Numbered from the stretch's first letter, positions 50,260 through 59,427 are shown. The stretch: 64,000 nt of DNA from an uncultured Gemmatimonadales bacterium (GCA_963707505.1 CAVPQB010000006.1:736001-800000); one strand, 5' to 3'. Notes: generated by a model from the sequence alone, not told the origin. Numbers and translations are program-made.

Positions 50260-50607
50260 TCAACGCATCTCTCCCGACTCCGTCGGCAACTTCATCGCCG
50301 TCCACCCTGTGATCCCTGCGGACATCACACTCACATTGCTGTAACCCATCTTCTTCGCGCGAAGCGCGGCGTTAGGAGCCTTTCTGCAAAGAGGATTCGA
50401 GCAGTAGAAGACGATGCGGGTTTTGTCATCGGCGGGTAGATCACTGTTGCCGTAACCGAAAGGATCCAGATTCAGCGCACCCGGAACATGTGCGTTGATC
50501 CAGCTCTGACGCGAATTGACGTCGACGATTACAGTTTGCTGGTGCTGCATCGTCTGGTGCAGATCGCCTGGCGATATACTCCTGAGCCCCATGAGTCTCG
50601 CCAACAT
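50260..50607 (-). CDS. Rhodanese-like domain protein
   Basis: VDVN..SWINAHVPGA, IVFYCSNPLC and MSAGITGW motifs. Confidence 0.88.
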   Translation of the reverse strand: MLARLMGLRSISPGDLHQTMQHQQTVIVDVNSRQSWINAHVPGALNLDPFGYGNSDLPADDKTRIVFYCSNPLCRKAPNAALRAKKMGYSNVSVMSAGITGWTAMKLPTESGEMR

Positions 50608-50640
50608 GTCAGTTGCTCCCGTTGTGTGGCATTGAATGCA

Positions 50641-51054
50641 TCACGAGCGCGGCCCTTTCGCTGCTACCAGCGCGATCCTGGTCGCGACGAGCATCACTGA
50701 TACCCCGAGAACGCTCACTGCGAGTGCCGTAGCATACTGCATAGGTGCGATCATCCATACAATCGCGTACGCGACGCCGCCGAGCGCGAGTGTCCAACCC
50801 GTGAAGCGACGGATCGACTGCTCCACTATCGGATCACCGCACGCCCTCATGCGCGGCGTGATCGTCTTGGGTACGAGGTTGGCGTAGATGAGTACCACGC
50901 CGCCTGACAGGATGCCGAAGATTCGGAGCTCGAGATCGCGGCTCAGGTAGGACGGCGAAAGAAGCTGAAGCACTAGAGAAGCGAGAATCAGCAGACCTGC
51001 GATGATCAACCCGCGCTTGATGCCAGCGCGCGACGATTGCGATTGAACGGTCAT
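50641..51054 (-). CDS. Four-TM membrane protein (SdpI-like position)
   Basis: Hydrophobic; YANLVPK...RRFTGWTL; overlaps the stop of the upstream repressor. Confidence 0.75.
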   Translation of the reverse strand: MTVQSQSSRAGIKRGLIIAGLLILASLVLQLLSPSYLSRDLELRIFGILSGGVVLIYANLVPKTITPRMRACGDPIVEQSIRRFTGWTLALGGVAYAIVWMIAPMQYATALAVSVLGVSVMLVATRIALVAAKGPRS

Positions 51055-51359
51055 GTTACTTCCTCCTGTGTGAGGGGTGTGCCGTCTTCGCTGCTTCTGA
51101 TCTCGAGGCCAAATGCCTGCGCGAATCCCAGCAGCGCTTCTTCCAGCACGGACATCTTCAGCCGGTAGATGATCGTCCGGCCGTGCCGTTCGGCCTGAAT
51201 CAGATCGGCCGCGGCCAGCACTGCGAAGTGGGCCGACATCGTGGACTTGGTGACATCGAAGTGCTCCGCGATCTCGCCCGCACTCATAGGCCCCTTCTGG
51301 AGAAGTTGAAGAACCTGTCTCCTGGTCGGATCGGATAGTGCCCTGAATACGTTGCCCAT
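51051..51359 (-). CDS. ArsR-family autorepressor (SdpR-like)
   Basis: VFRALSDPTRRQVL, MSAGEIAEHF, TMSAHFAVL and YRLKMSVLEE motifs. Confidence 0.9.
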   Translation of the reverse strand: MGNVFRALSDPTRRQVLQLLQKGPMSAGEIAEHFDVTKSTMSAHFAVLAAADLIQAERHGRTIIYRLKMSVLEEALLGFAQAFGLEIRSSEDGTPLTQEEVT

Positions 51360-51360
51360 C

Positions 51361-51388
51361 TTCGATATTTAGCCAATCATCGAAATAT
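51361..51388. promoter_or_regulatory. Putative SdpR-like operator/promoter
   Basis: TTCGAT...ATCGAA and TATTTAG...CGAAATA inverted repeats next to the ATG; minus strand TTGCCT-17-TAAATA. Confidence 0.55.
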
Positions 51389-51460
51389 AGGCAAGAGGAG
51401 AGTTTTTGGGTCACTGACGCGCTGCCCGACGCGGGCTGCAGGGGCGGGGTCTGCAGGGGC

Positions 51461-51628
51461 GGGGTCAGGTCTTGCCCCGTGCGCCGATCCCGGTCATTGC
51501 AGCTTTTCGCTACACCGCGCGCCGCGTCGACCGCACGATCGGCGGGCGCTCCGGTATCAATTGATCGCGCGTTCGCCGAACGGTAGGCAACTCAGAGCGT
51601 CAGCGCGCACAGGGCAAGACCTGACCCC
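51461..51628 (+). mobile_element. Family A element, full length (168 bp), direct twin of the 50004 copy
   Basis: Near-identical sequence, including the flanking GTTGCCCTCG after the right TIR. Confidence 0.92.
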
Positions 51629-51769
51629 GTTGCCCTCGATAGCGAATGGGAAGCGGTGGGCCGCGGCGCACACGCGGTGATCGATGAAGCGAAAGCCACC
51701 AGGAACTGCGCGTCTTCGGTCTCGACCAGCAGTCCTGAGGCGCGACACTGAAATGGCGCGGCTGGTGCG

Positions 51770-51829
51770 GCCTTACAATTCATTCAAGCCCAAGCCGTTG
51801 CGCGACTCGGCTTGGTTCAGGCGTCAGGT
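51770..51829 (+). other. Degenerate integron attC-like site (60 bp)
   Basis: GCCTTACAATTCATTCAAGCC...GGCTTGGTTCAGGCGTCAGGT follows the short aadA/aadB-type attC layout; both cores are mutated (TAAC>TTAC, GTT>GTC). Confidence 0.7.
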
Positions 51830-51865
51830 GACAACAGGCTTCGATCTCTATCAGGGGTGGACAAC

Positions 51866-52378
51866 ATGCACCGGCTATCAATCGTCGCTCTCGCACTCCT
51901 CTGCTCGCCCGCAGCGTTGTTCGCGCAAGACCCGAAGCCCGACTCGCTATTTCCACGCCTCGTGGGAAATTGGGTACTGCGCGGTACCATCGCGCGACAG
52001 CAGACCATCCATGATGTGACGTTCGAGTGGCTGCTTGGCCGCGAGTACGTTCAGATGCACGAAGTATCTCGCGAGCGTGCGCCGAATGGCACGCCCGCCT
52101 ACGAGGCCGTCGTACTGTTCGGACGTGACCCCAAGACCGGCGCTTATGCGTGCGTGTGGATGGACAACACCGCCGCGGCGGCATTTCCATCCGAGGGCAC
52201 CGGCCGTGGGACCATCGCAGGCGATTCCATTTCGTTCCTTTTCAACTACACCGCTACGACGAGCTTTCATACGACATTCCTCTACGACTCGTCGACAGAT
52301 TCCTGGCGATGGCACATGGACAACGACAGTTCCGGCGTCCGCAGGCCATTCGCACGAGTCACGCTTACCCGGCGGTAG
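51866..52378 (+). CDS. Secreted hypothetical protein (possible lipocalin-like beta barrel)
   Basis: Signal peptide, LVGNWVLRG, YACVWMDNT and WRWHMDN; directly follows the attC-like site. Confidence 0.75.
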   Translation: MHRLSIVALALLCSPAALFAQDPKPDSLFPRLVGNWVLRGTIARQQTIHDVTFEWLLGREYVQMHEVSRERAPNGTPAYEAVVLFGRDPKTGAYACVWMDNTAAAAFPSEGTGRGTIAGDSISFLFNYTATTSFHTTFLYDSSTDSWRWHMDNDSSGVRRPFARVTLTRR

Positions 52379-52492
52379 ACGCCGGCCGCTGCCACCTAAC
52401 GAACGTTGACGCAGTTGACTGGCTGCGGTAGCGTGCGGCGCTCTCGGGCATCGCGCCGTTCGCCGTCCACGACCGCTAGCAACCGCTGGACT

Positions 52493-52658
52493 TGGGGGTG
52501 ACTTGGGGGGTCGACCAGTGCCGATCTCGCGCACAAGCCCGAGGGCGACCAGGGCCGCGAGTCCGGCGCCGCGGCACGCAGCGAACATCCAGTACTCGTT
52601 ACGCCGCGCCAGATGATAAATGCCATTTGCTGGTTTCACTAAAGTCCACTCTGACCCC
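52493..52658 (-). repeat. Degenerate family B-like element
   Basis: Right TIR AAGTCCACTCTGACCCC; left end GACTTGGGGG duplicated before GTC; the interior reads GIYHLARRNE...LGL...GRPPK, weakly like Y1 transposase termini. Confidence 0.5.
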
Positions 52659-52666
52659 GTATTCCC

Positions 52667-54139
52667 CTACCGCGCGCCGCGCTCCGGCCGGCCACCAGCA
52701 TTCCACGCCGGCTTGAAGTCGCTCGTCGCGAGCCAACGCAGTGGATCGATCAAACTCTGAATCGCGGACGTCATGAACGGAATGTTGAGACTCGAAAACT
52801 CATCATCCGGCTGATGATAGGTCGGTGGTGTTCCCCAACCTGCTGCGGTATGCGCCACTACTCCCTTCAGTGCGAGCGCATAGTTGTCCGAGCGCTCGAA
52901 GAAGTGCTCCTCCGGGTACGGATCCGGTCCGAGCAACGCACCGTGTGCCTTGAGCGCGGGTCCGAGATTCGATCGCTCCCATCCCGTGAACAACAGCGTA
53001 CCCTTCGATGTCTTGGGATCCTGATTGCCGATCATCTCGAATTCGACATTCGCAACGAGACTTGTCAGCGGTACCGGCGGATGCTCACCGAAATATGTCG
53101 AGCCGAGCTCGCCAATTTCCTCGCTACCGTAACAGACGAACAGAATGCTCCGTCGGAGCCTCGGGCCTGCTGCGAGTGCATGCGCAAGCTCCATCACCGC
53201 CGTCGTTCCGGCAGCGTCGTCGTTCGCTCCGTTGTAAATCGAGTCGCCCTTTACCGGTCGTCCGATTCCCAGATGGTCCAGATGCGCGGAAAGCAGAATC
53301 GTTCCGGCCGACGGATCGGTACCCTGCAGATATCCAATCGCGTTGTACGTCATGCGCGGTTCAGCCTGCGGCACGACCTGCACCGCGAGAGTCGCGGGCG
53401 CGCCATCGTTTTCACTTGCGAGCCGAGCGGCTGCAGCAGCAGTGAGCACGACGACATTTCGTGCAACTGCTGGTTGCGGGCTGTCCTTGAGCCGAACGCC
53501 TACGCGAGTGCGTCCGCCGATTTGGGTAGACATCGCGTCCGTCGCCGGACTCGCCGGTACCAGCACGACAGCTGCACCAGCGCGAATCAGTTGCGTCGCC
53601 AAGCCCATCGCTTTCAGTGGATCGCCGCCAACGAGAACGACCGCGCCCCTGGCGTGCGCCTGCGCCAGATTCTCGGGCAGAACTTTCACCAACGTTGCGG
53701 TTACGGGAGCGCCGGAAGCGATGAGAAGATGAAAATCATCGCCTTCCTTCAACGTCACGTTGCCGACTGTGAGCGTTGCATTACCCGATAAAGTCGGCGA
53801 TACGACTTCAGCGCTCTGTATGTATCCCGTCATTCCCGGCGCGGTCTTCAGCCCATAGGCCATGAACTCGGAAGCAACATAGGTTGCCGTAATCTGTTCA
53901 TCGCGAGTCGCGCTTCCGCGACCGTGCATCGCATCGCTCGACAGAAAACGCTCGTGCGCCGCCACCCACTCCGGTCGCACAACCCACGTCGATTTCTTTT
54001 GCGCTGCGCTGCGTGAACTCGGCGCCGCGGCAGTCTTCTGCGCCACCGCCTGCGTGAAAGGCAACAGCGCGCTCACCGACAACGTGACCAGCAGCCGCGC
54101 GAACGACGAACGATGCCCTGCTATTTGACGCTCCTTCAT
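52667..54139 (-). CDS. Peptidase M28 family
   Basis: SAHLDHLG, YNGANDDAAG, SEEIGELGS, ERSDN and YHQPDD motifs. Confidence 0.92.
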   Translation of the reverse strand: MKERQIAGHRSSFARLLVTLSVSALLPFTQAVAQKTAAAPSSRSAAQKKSTWVVRPEWVAAHERFLSSDAMHGRGSATRDEQITATYVASEFMAYGLKTAPGMTGYIQSAEVVSPTLSGNATLTVGNVTLKEGDDFHLLIASGAPVTATLVKVLPENLAQAHARGAVVLVGGDPLKAMGLATQLIRAGAAVVLVPASPATDAMSTQIGGRTRVGVRLKDSPQPAVARNVVVLTAAAAARLASENDGAPATLAVQVVPQAEPRMTYNAIGYLQGTDPSAGTILLSAHLDHLGIGRPVKGDSIYNGANDDAAGTTAVMELAHALAAGPRLRRSILFVCYGSEEIGELGSTYFGEHPPVPLTSLVANVEFEMIGNQDPKTSKGTLLFTGWERSNLGPALKAHGALLGPDPYPEEHFFERSDNYALALKGVVAHTAAGWGTPPTYHQPDDEFSSLNIPFMTSAIQSLIDPLRWLATSDFKPAWNAGGRPERGAR

Positions 54140-54366
54140 TATCCTGACTCCGATTGCGTTTGATACCGATCGATAATTCCATGTCCGCTCCATATTCCAG
54201 TCGAGCGACGTTCTGACAGCTATATAGTACCATTGCAGCGACCGACCGGCTGGAATCGCGCCAGGTCGAGTCTGCAATCTCTCGTCGCGGTCGGCGTGCG
54301 CGACGCCAATCGGTTCGGGACGGCGCGTTCATCCCGTGCTGCGGCGATGGTGTGCACGGGGGTGTT

Positions 54367-54455
54367 GGGTCAGGTCTTGCCCCGTGCACCGCTCCCAGTC
54401 AGCGCAGCGTTTCGCTACACCGTGCGGTGCTTCAACCGCAGGATCGGCGAGCGGC
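54367..54455 (+). mobile_element. Family A element, left half only
   Basis: GGGTCAGGTCTTGCCCCGTGCACC...TTTCGCTACACCGTGCG...GGATCGGCGAGC, then homology stops. Confidence 0.8.
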
Positions 54456-54475
54456 TCGAATCAGTCGACGGGCGA

Positions 54476-55039
54476 TCACGATCTAGTGCACGCGTAGCTC
54501 GTCACAATCTCCTGCAGCCGGTCGGCGACCTCTGCGATCGATAACGCCGTTGTATCCACGATCGCGAGATTCAGCGCGTCGGCCTGTCCGCGCAAATATG
54601 CCGCCCACGTTTGCATCTGCTCTGTAACCAGCTCTGGTTGCTGGCGCTCAATGCGCAATCGCTCCTCGCGCACGCTGCGCTCACAATCGAGCAGCACGAT
54701 TCCGATTTGCCGGTTACGCGGTGCACGTCCTGCCGCAGGTGTCAGTACGAACGAAGGCCGAGTCTGTGCGTCGAGAACAGCGACGCGGACTGTAGGCTCG
54801 AGGTGCTCCAGTCGGTCGAGCCATTGGTTCGTTGCCCACGCCTGCCACGCCTCGCCGCTGCCAAAGTCGCGCAGCATTACGTCCGGCGACGGCACTCCGA
54901 TGGTATCGAAGTGAAAACAGGCTACGCCGGGAAGTGCTCGGGTGGCGAGCGCACGGACAGCCGCCGTCTTTCCGGCGCCGGATGCGCCGGTCACCACCAG
55001 GGTGAAGCAAGGCTCGCGTGTGGACATGTCGGGGATCAT
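54476..55039 (-). CDS. Small P-loop NTPase / kinase-like protein
   Basis: Walker A VTGASGAGKT; FDTIGVP; IVDTT. Confidence 0.8.
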   Translation of the reverse strand: MIPDMSTREPCFTLVVTGASGAGKTAAVRALATRALPGVACFHFDTIGVPSPDVMLRDFGSGEAWQAWATNQWLDRLEHLEPTVRVAVLDAQTRPSFVLTPAAGRAPRNRQIGIVLLDCERSVREERLRIERQQPELVTEQMQTWAAYLRGQADALNLAIVDTTALSIAEVADRLQEIVTSYACTRS

Positions 55040-55214
55040 GTTGCTAGCGTGCAGTCGAAGAGCAGTTCGAAGTCCTCGGTGCTCGCCGGATCGCAGAACA
55101 CATGGCCCTCAATGCGGCCACCGCGATCGGCCCAAGGTTGCGACGGAGCATCGCAAGACGCTCCAGATCGCCGTAGACGTAGATCATAGTGAACCGATCG
55201 GGTCTCAGGGCCAG

Positions 55215-55481
55215 CTACTTGGGTCTGCGTCCGTATCTCTCTATGTGGTCATGTGGGACAATATCTTCGAACAGAATTGCCCCGTTCTCCATTCGGTATA
55301 TGACTCTATCCCCATCGGTACACCGGGCCTCGTTGTAGTACTTGTCGGGCTCGATGGGCTTTACTCGCATGCCGGGCGTTGGATCATCCGACAGGAGTGC
55401 AATGATGACTTTGTCGGTCCCCTTTTTCTCCTGCGCTTGCAACGCTCTGTAGGTCTTCTCCCATTGCGCCGACACCCGCAA
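55215..55481 (-). CDS. RelE/ParE-like toxin, possibly 5'-truncated
   Basis: 88 aa, basic; WEKTYRAL...PTPGMRVKPI...EARC...DRVIYR..NGAILFEDIVPHD fits the RelE-like layout; no antitoxin upstream. Confidence 0.6.
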   Translation of the reverse strand: MRVSAQWEKTYRALQAQEKKGTDKVIIALLSDDPTPGMRVKPIEPDKYYNEARCTDGDRVIYRMENGAILFEDIVPHDHIERYGRRPK

Positions 55482-57116
55482 TGGGTCATCGTCGATCTCG
55501 GGGCTGAAAAGCCGGTGAGCGCGATTCGCATCGCCTGGGAGAACCCGTACGCCTCAACCTATCGGGTGGAATATTGGGTGGGGAAACGCGCGCTCGATTT
55601 TGATGCAGGACCTCAAGGCGAATGGAGAGCGTTCCCGTCAGGTGAGTTCAAGGCCGCTAAGGGCGGCACAGTCTCCCTGAAACTGACCGAGACACCGGTG
55701 TCAACGCAGTATGTGCGCGTCTTGATGACGGAGTCTTCGAATACCTGCGATGAGCACGGATCGGACGACGTTCGGAACTGTGTTGGATACGCGATTCGAG
55801 AAATTCGAGTCGGAGGTGTGGACAGTAGCGGCGCTTTCATTGAGATGCAGAAGAACATTGGCGAGCGGCCAACCACGTTTTGCTCGTCCTCCATCGACCC
55901 GTGGCACTCAGCGGCGGACGTCAACGCTACGGGAGGCTACCAACACAGCGGTTTCGATATCTTCTTCAGCAGCGGACTCACTAACAATCTGCCTGCGATG
56001 ATTCCAGTGACCATGCTCTACGGAACACCGGACGACGCTGCCGCGCAGATTGCATACATAGAGAAGCGCGGCTATCCGATCTCCTATATAGAGATGGGCG
56101 AGGAACCGGACGGCAAACACGCGATGCCTGAGGATTATGGAGCGCTCTACCTTCAGTGGGCCACTGCGATTCACAAGGTTGATCCCAAACTCAAGCTGGG
56201 AGGTCCTGTTTTCGAAGGTGTCAACGAAGATATTCGAGTTTGGCCCGACGCCCAAGGCCGTATTTCGTGGATGGGCCGATTCGTGGATTATCTGAAGGCG
56301 CATGGCCGCCTTGCCGATCTCGCCTTCGTATCGTTTGAGCACTATCCCTTCGAACCCTGCGACATCACATGGAAGAGTCTCTACCTTGAGCCGACACTGG
56401 TGAAGCACACTCTGCAGGTCTGGCGAGATGACGGGGTTCCCAAGGAAGTACCGCTGATGATCACCGAAGACCACCTCGCCGCCAATCTTACCGGCCCGAT
56501 GACAACAATCTTTGCGGCGTTGTGGCTTGCCGACAACGTTGGTTCGTTCTTCGAAGCCGGAGGGGCGCTCTTCACGCACTCTCCCATCCAGCCCCAGGGC
56601 ATCCAGAACACGTGTTTGGGCTGGTCCTCGTGGTCGAACTTTGTATCGGATGAGGAGACCCTCGAGGTCAAGGGATACACCTCGCCCTACTTCGCTTCAC
56701 ACATGATCAATCTGGAATGGGTGCAGCACAGATCCGGAATGCATTCGATGGTCCCAGCTTCCGTCAACATCAAGGATAGTGACGGCAACCTTCTGGTGAC
56801 TTCATATGCGGTGCACCGTCCTGACAGTAACTGGTCGTTGATGTTGGTCAATCGCGACGAGAGCAATCCTCACACAGTCCGGGTTGTGTTCGAGGACGCC
56901 AAGAACAAACGGGAAGCATCTTTTTCAGGTCCAATCACCTTGGTGACTTTCGGCAGTGAACAATATGTTTGGATCAACGATGGGCCCAACAGTCATGCTG
57001 ATCCCGACAATCCGCCCGCGGCGACCACCATCAAAGCAGAGCCGGGGACAGTCTTCACCCTGCCGAAAGCGTCGATCACGGTGCTCCGGGGCAAGCTAAG
57101 TGGCTTGAAGGACTAA
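55473..57116 (+). CDS. Discoidin (F5/8 type C) + glycoside hydrolase-like protein, 5'-truncated
   Basis: HPQWVIVDLG..VSAIRIAW.NPYA, YVRVLMTESSNTC, EMGEEPDG and FEHYPF motifs. The first ~177 aa of the 54942 ORF are antisense to other genes and are not part of this protein. Confidence 0.8.
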   Translation, partial: HPQWVIVDLGAEKPVSAIRIAWENPYASTYRVEYWVGKRALDFDAGPQGEWRAFPSGEFKAAKGGTVSLKLTETPVSTQYVRVLMTESSNTCDEHGSDDVRNCVGYAIREIRVGGVDSSGAFIEMQKNIGERPTTFCSSSIDPWHSAADVNATGGYQHSGFDIFFSSGLTNNLPAMIPVTMLYGTPDDAAAQIAYIEKRGYPISYIEMGEEPDGKHAMPEDYGALYLQWATAIHKVDPKLKLGGPVFEGVNEDIRVWPDAQGRISWMGRFVDYLKAHGRLADLAFVSFEHYPFEPCDITWKSLYLEPTLVKHTLQVWRDDGVPKEVPLMITEDHLAANLTGPMTTIFAALWLADNVGSFFEAGGALFTHSPIQPQGIQNTCLGWSSWSNFVSDEETLEVKGYTSPYFASHMINLEWVQHRSGMHSMVPASVNIKDSDGNLLVTSYAVHRPDSNWSLMLVNRDESNPHTVRVVFEDAKNKREASFSGPITLVTFGSEQYVWINDGPNSHADPDNPPAATTIKAEPGTVFTLPKASITVLRGKLSGLKD

Positions 57117-57168
57117 GCTTCTCCTTAGACTTGCATTTCTTCCAACGAACACACATGAGGACAAAGCA

Positions 57169-57759
57169 ATGAGCACTGGCACTCGGCGCAACTTTGTTGG
57201 CAAGATCACGGCGATGACGGCCCTCGTAACCGGCGCTTCGAAGCTTTTCGCCGAACAGGCTTCGGCCACGGGCGCATCTGCATCTGGCAACGCGCCCGCG
57301 AGTGCGCCGGGCAAAGATACTTCCCATCGCTCCGGCGCCGAGAGCCACACACACGACGGGATCTACTACTTTTCTGGGACGGGTTCCAATGACGGCTATC
57401 CCAAGGACGATCACGTTCTCGTGACTGATCCGTTCGAAAAGCACGTCACTCGCACAATGGACGCGCTCAAGAAGTCGGTTGAGCACGCGGGCTGTACCAT
57501 GGACAGCATCATTCATCTCCAGGTTTTTCTGTGCCTCCCTCTTTCTGATGGCGTCACAACTCCGCTCGGAAAGGCACGCTTCGACGCGCATAAGGCGCAA
57601 TATGACGCGTTGAATAAGATTTACGGAACCTACTTCTCTCCGGGAAAAGCTCCGTCGCGTGCATGCATGGCTGTCGAATGGATTCCGGGCGATTCGTTAA
57701 TCGAAATCGTCGGCAGCGCGATGGTCGTCAATCCGCCGGCTACAGGTGCGGATCGATAG
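57169..57759 (+). CDS. RidA/YjgF-family protein with a twin-arginine-like N-terminus
   Basis: TRRNFV signal; ALNKIYGTYF...APSRAC...IPGDSLIEI. Confidence 0.8.
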   Translation: MSTGTRRNFVGKITAMTALVTGASKLFAEQASATGASASGNAPASAPGKDTSHRSGAESHTHDGIYYFSGTGSNDGYPKDDHVLVTDPFEKHVTRTMDALKKSVEHAGCTMDSIIHLQVFLCLPLSDGVTTPLGKARFDAHKAQYDALNKIYGTYFSPGKAPSRACMAVEWIPGDSLIEIVGSAMVVNPPATGADR

Positions 57760-57896
57760 TTCGCGAAGGACGTTGAAAAGGGTGCCGGAAATTTTGGTCC
57801 GAACTGCGAAGGTGCAACTCCCATCCATTTCGATGTCGCGATGGTGGCAAGGGCCGCGGGGGAAGCGCCGATGCCCGATCTTGACTTGGACGACGC

Positions 57897-59416
57897 CTAT
57901 CTTCTTTGGTAGCAGCCGATGTCGATGTGCCCTGATGTGACTCGCGGGGAGCCTTCAAGGTCCAGTTCTCCGACCGGTGCCCCGTCCGTTGTGCCAGCAG
58001 CGATCGCAGGAGAATCTGACCGCAGATGAAAGTCGTGGGCACCGGCGTCAACAAATTGCGGATCCATAAAACGGGAATTGCGGTCATTTCCCGTTGATTG
58101 CACATAGTTGTCGAACCCTGTCACCTGGCCAGAAGATGCTCCCCATGTGCTCGCTTTTGAGCCGGAAGCACAGTAATAAAGATTGTGATCGACAACTGCC
58201 GGGGGATGACTTTTGTCGACCTGCGATTTGTTCACTGCGATAAGACAACGAGACCCCGCGTAGACGATGTTGTTCGCAAAAATATTGTCTGCCATGTTCC
58301 ATTGCATCTGGAATTCACCGGACCCTGTTGCGGACGTATCGTTGTCGTAGAGCGTGTTGTTGACCACGGTGCAGTGTTCGGTGTGTCCTCGCTCAGGTGC
58401 ATAACCTCCGATGGAAACACCCGCGGTATGGCCGTGATAGATCAGGTTATTTCGTGCCGTGATGTAACTGGTCGCACGGTCCTTGTGCTCACTGGCCAGT
58501 TCGATTCCGAAGTCCACGTCGTGAATGACATTCTGTTCGATCAGGATCCTGGTGCCGCCGTCCACGTAAATGCCATCGGAATTTTCGTCGTTGCCGTAGG
58601 CCGGATTGCCGCGCGATGTAATGTTGTAAACCAGATTGCCGCTTACCACTCCGTCGCGCGCCTGGTCCACGGCAGGGTCGGGCGCCGTGCGCTCAAAACC
58701 GATGACGTCGATTCCAATGTTGTTGTTGTCGTGGACAACGTTGTGGGTGATGCGGAAGTTCGTGACATTCCCGTTCACCACCAGCGATTCGCTTGAACCG
58801 GTTTTGAGATGATGCACTTCATTGCCGTCAATCACCAGTTCACTGATCGGAGTCTTGGCGTCGGTACCGTATACCGCGATGCCAAACCCGTTGCCGCCTC
58901 GTCCCGGAGCGTCGCGGCCTTCGAAAGTCTGCTCAATATGATGGACGTTGTTCTTCAGTAGTTCGATGTGGGAGCCGGATCCGATAACGCTGATGCCCAA
59001 TGGAGTGAGCCGATGCTCGGCGGTGTGGAAGTTGCGAATTTCAAAGCCTTCGATCCTGAACGTAACTCTTGATTGTGGATCGTAAGTATGCCGCTTCTTG
59101 CCGAGGGTGTGAAATGCTCTGCGTCGAGGATTGCCGTCTCACCGGGATAGCTTCGAAACGTAATGTATCCATCCGTCGCATTGCCGGAACGTTGATGCTT
59201 ACGAGTTCTTCGTAAACTCCACCTCTGTACGTTGACGGTGCTGCCCGCACGCACGGTGTCTGCGGCATGCTGAATTGTGCGCCAAGGTGCCGTTTGAGTG
59301 CCGGGATTCGAATCACTCCCGGTTGTCGCCACGTAAACGGAGGAGTTGGACTGGCCCAACGGCCGCGGAGACGCAAACCAATATCATAAAAACAGAGTTG
59401 CGCGTTTCAGATTCAC
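57897..59416 (-). CDS. Secreted right-handed beta-helix protein (DUF1565-like N-terminus), frameshifted
   Basis: VYVATTGSDSNPGT..APWRTIQHAA, DNNNIGID, GIYVDGG, DFHLRSDSPAI and IDIGCY fragments across several frames. Confidence 0.78.
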
Positions 59417-59427
59417 TTTATCGTTCC

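Noticed and set aside
55044..55187. 47-aa minus-strand ORF between the RelE-like and P-loop genes
   Set aside because: No RBS or recognisable motif; at most a gene fragment.
54942..55472. N-terminal extension of the 724-aa ORF
   Set aside because: It is antisense to the P-loop and RelE-like genes, and protein-like sequence begins only at HPQW (55473). It is a chance open frame across the junction.
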